Source: the human T2T-CHM13v2.0 reference genome, Homo sapiens
Length of the DNA: 64,000 nt
Reading direction: 5' to 3' (one strand)
Assembly: GCF_009914755.1 (NCBI RefSeq)
Contig: NC_060925.1
The notes under the pieces were generated by a model, which had not been told where the DNA came from, searched no databases, and saw only the letters and a program-made list of their open reading frames with translations. Positions 16,046-27,835 of this stretch are shown here, in pieces. Each line of letters begins with the position of its first letter. Within the stretch, counting starts at the first letter, position 1. The translations under genes and the position numbers were made by a program.

Positions 16046-18529
16046 AAAAGAATGAGGCAGCTTTATATTTATGGAATTATCTCTAACATGTAGTCTTAAG
16101 GTTACAAGCAAATTATGGAACAGTGTATATGGAGTGATCCTATTTGAGTGATTTTTAAGTAACTTTTCTTAAATACATAGATGTGCTTGTGTACACACAA
16201 GATATCTCTGGAGGAATACATAAGAAACAAATCATTATTACTACCTCCAGAGAAGAAACTGGGAAAATAAGGGATCAACAAAGGGAAGGGGAGTTTTTTT
16301 CCCTTAAAAACATATGTGTGTGTATATATATATAATCTCCAAGTGCATGATTTTTTAAAAAAATAATAGGTACATTAGTAAATGTTTTCGGTCGCAAGCA
16401 ACAGAAACAATTTGTAGTTAATCTAAGCGGTAAATGAATTTATTAAAAAATATTAGGTAGTTCACAAGCTCTCCAGGAGGACTAGAAACCCAGGTTTAGA
16501 GGCTACATAGCCAGAAGCAACACCTAAAATTGTACTGCAGAACAATATCATGAAGTCATCAATGCCCCCACTGCATGGAAACCACTGCTCAGTGAATGCC
16601 CCAAGCCTGGATGCTGGTCCCTGCTGCTAGAACCACCAGAACCACCACCACTGTAGCATCTAAAAAATGAATGTTGTTATTACAACTAATGCCACTCCCT
16701 GCTGCAGAACAGATTCAACAGTCTTTGCTATTTGAGGTCACTAGCTCCTGAGTCAAAAAGCAATGCAGATCCTTATGCCTATGCATACCTGTAAGGGAAG
16801 CTGGAAAACAAGTATCTGACATTTTCAGCTTCTAAAGTAAAAGGTTGTCCTCTGTATCCCATCAAGGCCTATAAAGTGATGAATGCTTCAAATATAGAGC
16901 ATTTAGATAACAGAGGTGGAGAGAGAGAGAGAGAGGAAAATAAGGAAGGAAGAAGGAGTTTCACATCAGTTTTCACTTTGCTTTGGGGGAAAGTATCCTG
17001 GATGCCATATGACATACTCACTTTCCTGTGTCTTTTGCATGTACTGTTGTTAAGAATCACAGGACTTCAGAGTAGAAAATTCCCGATAGAGGATTTAGTT
17101 CAAAAGCATTGTTTTCTAGTCGAGAAAAACAAACTCAAGTAAAGTTTGGGAAAACTCAAGTTGCCCAAAATTACTCAATAAGAGTTTCTGATTATGTGAT
17201 TAGGTTCTCCCAGTCCAGGGCCCAATCCTCCATAGAATGTTCGGGTATTATTAGTACTTCAGCCAAGGCTCTAATGCAGTATCAAGATGCAGATTTGCTT
17301 CTGGTAGGGCTTCTTGAAGAAACTGGTGCTACTTATTACAAATATTATTAAACATTTGTATAGGACTTTAATGTTTATTTTTTAAAATTTTTATTTGTAA
17401 ATAGTAAAATCATTTATTTTTAAAAAACAACAAAAATATAGGAGGATTTAAAGTAAATGGTAAAATTCATACCTTCATCTTGCTTTCCTACTCCCTAGGA
17501 ATAATCAGTGTTGAAAGTATGCTGAGTATCTTTCAGTTCTTTTTCTATGTGTATGCACATATATTTGTAGGTATTTATAGACATACGCATACCACATATA
17601 TAACCTTTCATATCTTGCTTTCCCACTCTACATGCATCATGGACATAACTGATACTTGAAGTGGATTCATGCCAGTAAGTTATTGCTAGGTTGGGAAGCA
17701 CCGCATGGAGACACGGTGCCTGAGGAGAGGATGTCACAAACCATGAAAGGCTTGGTGGTAAGGTGATATTTTTGGTCCAGTGAGCTTCATGGTGTCACTT
17801 GAAGTATAAATTGCCTCAGGAAGAAAACATGGGCTGCTTCAAAGCATGAAAGTAACCTCCAAAATCATCTAGCTCAACCTCATTTGTAGGTGAAGAACTA
17901 TTTTTCCTGGGAGTGGGGGTGATTATGGACCTTGCCCAAGATCACCCAACCAGGACAGTGACAGAGTTGGGATTTCTTTCTTTCTCCAAGACCCTGGCTC
18001 ATTGCATTGTGTTGCATTGCTTTCTGCAAGTTTCAGAGGAGAGAGAGGGCAGTGGTTAGTTTGAAAACACACATATGCTCAGATTACATTTGATTTCTCA
18101 GGCTGTAGTGCTGGGGCTCCCTGCCTGACTGTGTCCATGAGTTCTTCCATGAAGTTTTACATTTAGCTTTTCTTTTGCCCGCTATATGCCTTATTGACTA
18201 CCATTAACCATCTCCTTGGGGACTATGAATCTTACTTTTCAGTCTTTTTATGGCAATTTGCACTCTTTACTAACACAGCTTTATTATTTGTTCAGGTCTT
18301 GGGAGAATATTGAATAAGACATTATATCAGATGGATGACAAAAGGAGGGGAAAAACAAGAAAGACCACCAAGTTTACATAGATGCCAAATTTATTTAATC
18401 AGGGAGGAGTCATTTAGTGCTAATGAGGGAGGGGTGGAATACACATTAGAAAAAGACACATCTTCTGCCTGTAGGACCTTACTTTCTAGAACAGTTACCT
18501 CTAGTCTCTTTTCTTCATACCACTCCATC

Positions 18530-18570
18530 AAAAAAAAAAAGAAAGAAAGAAAGAAAGAAAGAAAAGAAAA
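18530..18570. repeat. A-run/(GAAA)n microsatellite
   Basis: Direct reading. Confidence 0.9.
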
Positions 18571-19642
18571 CCAGCATACATGCCTAATAATTGCATGTTT
18601 GCTATAAATTCCATACACTCTACTGTGACATTTTAATATTAGTAAAGCCTAATTTTCTTAATATTTTAGATTAAAAAATAAATAGAAGCAAGTATTCACA
18701 TATGTTTTTCTCATACCTCTATGTACCATTTTGAGCACTTCACTTTGGAGTCCAGTTTCAACAGGAGAATCAGATGCACACCCAAAATACTAGAAAGCTT
18801 GGGAGTGTGAAGAGGGCTCTAATGTCAGGGTAAGCAAAATATTCTTAGGGCATCAAGGAAGCATTGCCAGAGGAAAGGAAAGCTGAGGATATTCAAGGAC
18901 TTCTGACCTACTCCGTGGGCACAGCGTCTCTGGGCTTGGACAAGGGATTAGTGCCAGGCTTGGTTTCCTTGGCTGGAATCTGTACATGAAGGCTGCACAT
19001 GAAGAGCCTACCTCACCCCAGAAGCATCCATTTCCTGGCACCTCAAGCATATATGGGCTTAATAAATAACATGTCATTCCATGATGATAGGGACAGACAT
19101 ATTTGGCCCATGGCTTAGAGCCACCCCCAATTGTCTACACTCAATGGTGGGGCAGCAAGTACTGTGGATATGGAGCTGGGAGGCTGAGCTAAATCCTAGC
19201 TATCTTACTAACCAATTGTATGACTCTAGCCCTTAAACTCTCTGAGCTTTAATTTTCTCATCTGTAAAATGGGAATGATAAATGCCTTCCAGAACTATTT
19301 ACCATTTCTAACATTTGTTGAGTTTTTCAATGTGCATTACATGTATCATCCATGAAATCCTCATGACAAAATAATGAGGTGGAGCTATTATTGTTCCCCT
19401 TTTGCAAATGTGGAAACTAAGTTTTAGAGTAGGTAATCTGCCTACAAGTTTACACAGCTAGAATGTGCAGAGATGGGATTCTGAGGCTTGCTCAACTCTG
19501 AAGCAAATGTCCTACCCGCTCTACTTGGCTGCTGACCATGAACACACTTCATGAACTCTGAAGTACGAACAAGGTACACAGAGTGTAAGATTTAGTCCTT
19601 GTCCTTAAGTCTAAATTCAAAATATGTTTATCTATAAAGCGT

Positions 19643-19959
19643 GTTTTTCTGTTTTTGTTTTTGTTTTTTTTGAGATTGAGTCTCGCTGTGTCAGCCAGGC
19701 TGGAGTGCAGTGGCATGATCTCAGCTCACTGCAACATCCGCCTGCCGGGTTCAAGCAATTCTCTGCCTCAGCCTCCTGAGTAGCTGGGATTACAGGCGCC
19801 CGCCACCACACCCAGCTAATTTTTTTTTTGTTTTTATTTTTAGTAGAGATGGGGTTTCACCATATTGGCAAGGCTGTTCTTGAACTCCTGACATTATGAT
19901 CCACCTACCTCGACCTCCCAAAGTGCTGGGATTACAGGTGTGAGCTACCATGCCCAGCC
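19643..19959 (-). mobile_element. AluS-like
   Basis: Antisense Alu, TSD tatctataaag(c/t)gt. Confidence 0.9.
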
Positions 19960-22391
19960 TATCTATAAAGTGTAAAAGTCCAACAAAGTAGGATTTGGTT
20001 AGAATGAAAAGGTGGAGAAAGAACTTCAATGTTAGTTTCCTTATCTTTAGTGCCTTACAACAGTATATGATTACTGGAAAGAGCACTCGGTTAGCAAGAA
20101 GAAAACCAGTTCTGTCCCATACTTGCTCTCAACTTTAGGCACTTCATTTAAGCTGTTTACTCATCTATTAGGGGTCCTAATGAATGAGCTCTAGAGGGTC
20201 TTTTTGCCTGACAATCCTCAAACTCCATTCTCAAAACTTCCTGCAATCGGGAGTCTCCCTCCCCTCCATGGAGAGGGTGGGACAGAGGCATGTAGACAGG
20301 GAGGCGATCCTCAGGTCAGCTAGGGCTTACTCAAACAAGGTCCTGTGGGGGCAACAGGGAGAGTGGATGGGGACTCAAGCCAGAGCCCTGGTGGGATGGG
20401 CCGGTAATTATAAGGAAACACTGCAGAGAAAGTTTCTGTTGTGGTTGTTCCCTTTGTTTACTTTAGGCAGTTCTGTCATTTTTTAACTGACCCTTCCCAG
20501 ATGAGATAGTCAGTTTTCAGCTGGGTAAAGTCAGGGCCTTGCAACTGATGGGGTATTTGAATCCTCTGTGGCTCAGTTGCTGGAGGGAGGCCAGGGCAGC
20601 TGAAACTCCCCCGCCCTTTCAGGGAAGTGAAGCTGGGGCTACAAACTTGCTGACAGTGGCTGGTGGCCTGTAAACCCAAACATCCTCCCCTCCTCCGTCT
20701 CGGTGTAGCAATGTGAAAAAAACAAAGCCACGAGCTTTCCAGAGCAGGGGAAGGCTCTAGCCAGATTCCCTTCCAGCTACTCCCTCCTGCACTTCGGCCC
20801 ACAGCCACATGGTACAAGGTTATAGTTACAGTTGAAAACTGCTGACGTCTACTTTTTGGTTGTTGTACAAATAATAATTAATAAAACACACACAAAAAAA
20901 CACATTTTTCTTCATGGCTAAATATTCACATAGTTGATTCAAACCTAAATGTGCATACTTGCTTTTCTTTTCCTGTTTTCTTAAGTTTGAATAATTGTCA
21001 TGTAGCTGTTTAAGAATCAGAAGGAAAACTCATCTGCTTAGTACTTTTCTTAAATTGTCCAGTTTCTTTTGGCCTCTGAATACCAGAGTCTTTTATGTGT
21101 AAGATTAGAAACATCTGGCCAGCATATCTGAGTAAGGCTGAGCTAAAGCGGGATGAAACTAGGTAGAATGGCCTGCCTTTCTGAATTATAGAATTTTAAG
21201 CATTGATGGGACTCAAACTTACTAAATTCTACCTCTTCATTTTGCAGATGAAAAGACAGTCCCAAGAGGTTAGGATTTGCTTAATGTCACACAGCCTGCA
21301 TCAGAGGTGAACCCAGAACCCAGGTCTCCATACTCCTAGTCTGGCACTGTTTTTATATATATATCCATGCTTAGAGAGGACTTGTGTATTAAAATTTTTT
21401 TATAAAAGTGCATCATCCCTGTCTTTGAAACACCCAATTATTTTGCAATTCTTACCCACTGTGTATATATTCTTTAGGAGAAGAGAGAGAGTTAATGTTC
21501 ATAGAACACCTATTATGTGCCAGGTTCTTCCTACATCTTCTCATTTAATTTTCACCATGCTATGAAGGAGGTATTATTCTACCTGTTCCACAGATGATAA
21601 AACTGAGAGGTTAGGTACACTTGCCGAAGTTCACATAACTAGGAAGTAGTGGACTCAGGATTCAAATCCAGATCTCTCTCATCTGCAGCTCCCAGACTAT
21701 GCTACACCACATTGCCACAGCCACTGTGCACATCACAGCTTACAGTAACGTACTTTCCACTTTTCAAATTATGACCCAATTTTCATAATCACTCCTTTTG
21801 TGGATGTATTCACTCATTCAGTAAATTATTTATTAAGCAGCTACTCTGTGCCAGGAATAGTCAAGACACTGAGGATATAGTAGTGAGCAAAATACATAAA
21901 TCCTTGCTCTCATAGAGCATGGGTTACAGGGGGAGGAATAGACAACAGCCCAGAAAAATAAGTCAGGTAAAATGATAAGCGTTGGAAGAATAAAGCAAGG
22001 AAGAACAGGATATGCTAGAGGCTGAGGGATGGGAGGAAGATAGCAAGTTTAAATACGATTGTCAGGAAAAGAAAGTATCATTGGTTACATTTGAACAAAG
22101 ATCTGAAGGCAGTGAAGGAACAAACTAATGGATATCTGGGAGAAGAGACTCTGAGGCAGAGGGAAGAGTCAAAAGTCACTGGGGCAGGAGGAGGCCTGTT
22201 ATATTCAAGAAACAGTTAGGAGGCCTATATGTTCAGAATGGAGTTACAGGAAGAAAAATATCAGATGAAGTCACAGATGGAGGCCAGATGAGGTAGGGCC
22301 CAGGACTAATCAAAGACATTGGCTTTTATACTAAATGAGAAGGAGCCATGGAAACTTTTGAGTAGTGGATGACACATTTAGGTTTTCTTTT

Positions 22392-23911
22392 TTAAATTTT
22401 AAATACATTTTTATTTCAATAACTTTAAGGGTATAAGTGGTGTTTGGTTACATGGATGAACTGTATAGTGGTGAAGTCTGATATTTTAGTACCCCTGTCA
22501 CCCAAGTAGTATACATTGTACCCAATATGCAGTTTTTTATCCCTCACCTTCCTCCCAACCTTCCCCTGTCTGAATCTCAAATGTCCATTATACCACTTTG
22601 TAAGCCTTTGTGTACCCATAACTTAACTCCCACTTATAAGTGAGAACATATGGCATTTGGTTTTCCATTCCTGAGTTATTTCACTTAAAATAATGGCCTC
22701 CAGCTCCATCCAAGTAGTGCAAGACATTATTTCATTCTTTTTTGTGGCTGAGTAGTATTCCATGGCATGTATATACCACATTTTCTTTATCCACTAATTG
22801 GTTGATGAGCTCTTAGGTTAGTTCTATACCTTTGCCATTGTCAATTGTGCTGCGATAAACATACATGTGCAGATATAATGATTTATTTTCCTTTCTGATA
22901 TAATGACTTATTTTCCTTTGGGTAGATACCCAACAGTGGGATTGCTACTTTTAGTTCTTTGAGAAATCGTCATACTGTTTTCCATAGATGTTATATTAAC
23001 TTACATTCCCACTAGCAGTGTATAAGTGTTCCCTTTTCACCCCATCTGTGACAACATCTATCGCTTTTTGGATTTTTAACAATGGCCATTCTGGTTGGGG
23101 TAAAGTGGTATCTCACTGTGGCTTTGATTTGCATTTCCCTGATGTTCAGTGATGTTGAAATTTTTTCCATGTTTATTGGCCATTTGTGTACCTTCTTTTG
23201 AGAAGCATCTATTCATGTAAATTGCCCACTTTTTAATGGAATTATTTGTTTTTTTTTTTTCCTGCTGATTTGTTTGAGCTCCTTGTAGATCCTGGATATT
23301 AGTCCTTTCTTAGATGGATACTTGCAAATATCTTCTCCCATTCTGTGGGTTTTCTCTTTACTCTGATGATTATATATTTTGCTGCACAAAAGCCTTTTAG
23401 TTTAATCGGGTTCCGTTTATTTGTTTAAATTTTTGTTGCATTTGCTTTTGGGGTCTTAGTCATAATTTTGTGCCTAGGCCAAAGTCCAGAAGAATTTTTC
23501 CTATGTTTTCTTCTAGAATTGTTATGGTTTCAGGTCTTATATTTAAGTCTTTATTCCATCTTAGGGTGATTTTTGTATGTGGTGAGAGAGATGGATCCAG
23601 TTTCATTCTTCTATCCAGTGGCTCTCCAGTTTTCACAGAACCATTTACTAAATAGGGTGTCCTTTTCCCAATTTATGTTTTTGTATGCTTTGTTGAAGAT
23701 CAGTTGGTTCTAAGTATCTGGCTTTACTTCCAGGTTCTCTAGTCTGTTCCACTGGTCTATGCATCTACTTTTATATCAGTACCATGCTGTTTCGATTACT
23801 ATAACCTTGTAGTATAATTTGAAGTTGGGTAATGTGATGCCTCCAGATTTGTTCTTTTTGCTTAGGATTGCTTTGGCTATTTAGGCCCTTTTATGATTCC
23901 ATATGAATTTT
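22392..23911 (-). mobile_element. 5'-truncated L1P (PA/PB) inserted in an L2
   Basis: Antisense L1 3'UTR and ORF2 end; acattta(g/a)gtttt flanks both sides. Confidence 0.85.
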
Positions 23912-25381
23912 ACATTTAAGTTTTTAAAGGACTGCTAAGGGTGCTGTGTTGAGAGTAGACTGGGGGTGGGGAACAAGGGTGAAAGCAGAAATGCCAGTTG
24001 GGAGGCCATTGCAATAATTCAGATGAGGAATAATAGTGACTTGATCCAGAGTGATACAGAATGCAGTGAAAAGTGATGCAATTCAGAGTATATTTTGACA
24101 GTGAAGCTAGTATTATAATCTGCCATCTTTACATGCCATGACGTCATAAAACATGCTTCTATTTTGGTGATTTAGGTTGTTCCTGTTTGCACTATTATAG
24201 GTAATATTTTCATTAACATTCCCACTCACACTTTTTGCCTGTCTTATTTCCTTACATAAATTCCCAGGAATTGGATCACTGAGTTGAAGATGTGATCATC
24301 CTTATGACTCTTGCTACAAGTTGTCATATTACTTAGTAGGTTCCACCCATAGTACCTTAGGGATCTTTAATTTGAAATGCTCCAGAATTCCTCCCCCATC
24401 CCCAGGATCTCTAACCCTCTCTCCCACTGTGGTTTTCTTCTTTTTCTCTTTCTCCTCTCTCTCTTTTTGGGGAGCTTATAAAAGGGAAGGGTAACAAAAA
24501 TGGACAAAAGTTAGGGCTGGCCACAGGGAGAGGTAAGAAAAGATACAGAGGGATTTCTTCATTTTTTTTCTGTCTTACAGCCCTGAGAAAGTCCCAGCTG
24601 CTTCCCTTAGTTGGATGAAAATCTTCTTCTGTAAGAATCAACAAGCTAACAATACTGCTTACTTAGAGACCTTTTTGTCTTCTGGGGAGATATCAATGGA
24701 CTTTACAATTTCAATTATCTTTCATAATATTCCCTGGTGTTAGAACAAACTGCCTCCTCTGAACAAACATTCCTCTCACCAGGGTGGGAAGTTTACTAAA
24801 CTTTGTGGCTCCTTTATTCCCCTCCTCCATCAGGTTGGTCCCCCTTTCAAATGACCCATCCCCCATCACCACAACTCAAAAATGTACCTGCTCAGTCCTC
24901 CTTATCCAATTTCATCCTAGGTTGGAAAGAAAATATTTTAATTGTTTCTTAGAAGTGAGGGTTTTTAATGAATTTTAGAATCAACTTGTCAATTTCTGCT
25001 GCTCTTAAAATGTATATGGAAATGCATGGGACTCATAAAAGCCAAAACAATGAAGAACAAAGTTGGTGGATTCACACTTCCCAATTTCAAAACTTACAAC
25101 AAAACTACAGTAACAAAGACAGTGTGTTACTGACAGAAGGATAAACATACAGATCAATGGAACAGAATTGAGAATCACAAATAAACCCTAACAGTTACAA
25201 TCAATTGATTTTCAACGAAAGAGCCAAGACAATTCAATGGGGGAAAAAAAAAATGGTCTTTTCAACAAGTGGTGCTGGGCAACTGGATATCCACACGCAA
25301 AAGAATTAATTTGGACCCCTAAGATTGTACACAATAATTAACTCAAAGTGAATCATAGGCCTAAATGTAGAAGCTAAAATA

Positions 25382-25960
25382 CAGTCGCCGTGGTGCTGCT
25401 GCTCAGTGGGAGCGGGTCTTCGCAACTGTCTCCGCGTGGCGCGCGCCTCTAGCCGCCCTTCCCCTGGCGGCTACGGCCGGAGGGAGCGGAGGCGAGCGGC
25501 AGTCGGGCTCCATGGAGAGCGGCGGACAACTGGGCAGAGGCGGAGCTTTCATCTCGGCACCCTGGTTCCAGTGACCCGCGCTAGCGTCCCGTCCCGCCCG
25601 CGTCGGAGCGGCCGCCGGCCCCGGGACTGACCGGCCTCGCCGCACCTCCCGCACCGACTAGCGCTCCCGGGCGCTCCTGCGCCCGACTCGCCCTCGCCCC
25701 CACTCCCCGGCGGGGTGGCGGCGGCCGGAGCAGCAGCAGCAGCAGCAGGAGCCCGCCTCTATGATGAAGTTCAAGCCCAACCAGACGCGGACCTACGACC
25801 GCGAGGGCTTCAAGAAGCGGGCGGCGTGCCTGTGCTTCCGGAGCGAGCAGGAGGACGAGGTGCTGCTGGTGAGTAGCAGCCGGTACCCAGACCAGTGGAT
25901 TGTCCCAGGAGGAGGAATGGAACCCGAGGAGGAACCTGGCGGTGCTGCCGTGAGGGAAGT
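25382..25960. promoter_or_regulatory. CpG-island-like segment imported with the NUDT4 5' end
   Basis: Very GC-rich with dense CpGs, in sharp contrast to the AT-rich CpG-poor flanks; promoter activity is not shown by sequence. Confidence 0.7.
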
Positions 25961-26306
25961 TTATGAGGAGGCTGGAGTCAAAGGAAAACTAGGCAGACTT
26001 CTGGGCATATTTGAGCAGAACCAAGACCGAAAGCACAGAACATATGTTTATGTTCTAACAGTCACTGAAATATTAGAAGATTGGGAAGATTCTGTTAATA
26101 TTGGAAGGAAGAGAGAGTGGTTCAAAGTAGAAGATGCTATCAAAGTTCTCCAGTGTCATAAACCTGTACATGCAGAGTATCTGGAAAAGCTAAAGCTGGG
26201 TTGTTCCCCAGCCAATGGAAATTCTACAGTCCCTTCCCTTCCGGATAATAATGCCTTGTTTGTAACCGCTGCACAGACCTCTGGGTTGCCATCTAGTGTA
26301 AGATAG
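25761..26306 (+). CDS. NUDT4B: Intronless NUDT4 retrocopy ORF: diphosphoinositol polyphosphate phosphohydrolase 2, beta (Q86) isoform, 181 aa
   Basis: ORF MMKFKPNQTRTYDREGFKKRAACLCF...SGLPSSVR matches NUDT4/DIPP2 as I recall it; intact Nudix box G51-x5-E-x7-REVYEEAGV73; no introns, stops or frameshifts. Paralog name (NUDT4B vs NUDT4P2) inferred from context. Confidence 0.9.
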   Translation: MMKFKPNQTRTYDREGFKKRAACLCFRSEQEDEVLLVSSSRYPDQWIVPGGGMEPEEEPGGAAVREVYEEAGVKGKLGRLLGIFEQNQDRKHRTYVYVLTVTEILEDWEDSVNIGRKREWFKVEDAIKVLQCHKPVHAEYLEKLKLGCSPANGNSTVPSLPDNNALFVTAAQTSGLPSSVR

Positions 26307-27524
26307 AGAGAACTGGGTAGGCCTCTCCCACCATGTGCAGTCTCATGGGGAGAGGCTTCTTTCGTTTCCTCGTCAAACATCTGATTGACGCTTGCAAACT
26401 GTCTGAATTTGCCATGCAAGGTTTTCAAACAATTTGCATGTTTTTCAGATGCTTTCAAATCTTTTTTTAAAAAAATAGTGTAAAATATTTTAATAAGCCA
26501 AAGCCATGTGGAATTTTTGTTTAGATGCCTTAACTGTGCCACACCCCACAACCCCCTATATTATTTTGGTTGTCTATTTCTCACAGCATATTTTCAGTTT
26601 TTTGTCCATTTGACATCAGTCTGTGGTTTATTTTGTCATCAGATTACTTGTGGGTATACCTACCCCAAAATTGTTTTCTCATTCACAGCATTAGCATATT
26701 CAGCAAATCCATCTGTGGTGGGAATTAAAAATATTATTGGTATTAAAGAAATCCATTCACCCCAAAACTTGTTTTACAGGATTACAATTTTAATTCAAAA
26801 TTTCCAGATTTGGGCTATTTCTGTATGATCCAATAACTTATTTTGTCACAGGGCTTAATTTGCCATTTTTGGGGATTTGTCGACTCATTTTGTCTGAATT
26901 TTCACAACTGGTATTATGTCACTAGCTACCTGATATGGCTATTTCCCTTATAACTCAATAGTACCTTAACACAAAGTATAACTCTGTAGAGTTGGTGAAT
27001 ATTTTAGGGAAATATTAGCAAAATGCATGTAGTAAAGACATCTTATGAAAACTCTATTCATGGAATTTGATTTAGCATGCTCAGTTGCCAGTTCCCATTA
27101 TCGATACTCTTTCTATGCAGAATACCTTAGAACCGTTATTTCCCTCAGTGTAGATTGCTCTTAAAATGTATTCAGTTATTTAGTGGCCCCCACAGGAGTG
27201 GAGTCTTGAAATCTAATTCTAAATGCCAGTCAGTGATGATCGCATCACAGTTGAGTGAAATGGCCTTCCTGTTCAGCTGTTAGAGACTGAAGATTGTTAG
27301 GGCACCTTAGAATGTCTCATCTTTTCTAGGTTGTCAACAGGTACTATTTGTCACATAACTAACTTTCGAGGCACTGGAACATACCTGAACTAAGAATTAA
27401 ATCTTTTACTTTATACTCACTTAAAATCAAGAATCCCATCTAAAACACATAGGTACCTTATCTGAAACTCTTGCACTTCCCCAACCAGGGCAGAAATGAG
27501 GTGGGAGAAGTTTGACTAAAATGA

Positions 27525-27835
<311 letters not shown>

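Noticed and set aside
25711-25748. Pathogenic GGC/CAG expansion akin to NOTCH2NLC
   Set aside because: Only (CAG)6 and a few GGC units; belongs to the NUDT4 leader.
26156-26551. 131-aa antisense ORF over NUDT4 C-terminus
   Set aside because: Shadow of the real ORF/3'UTR, non-ATG start, no recognisable domain.
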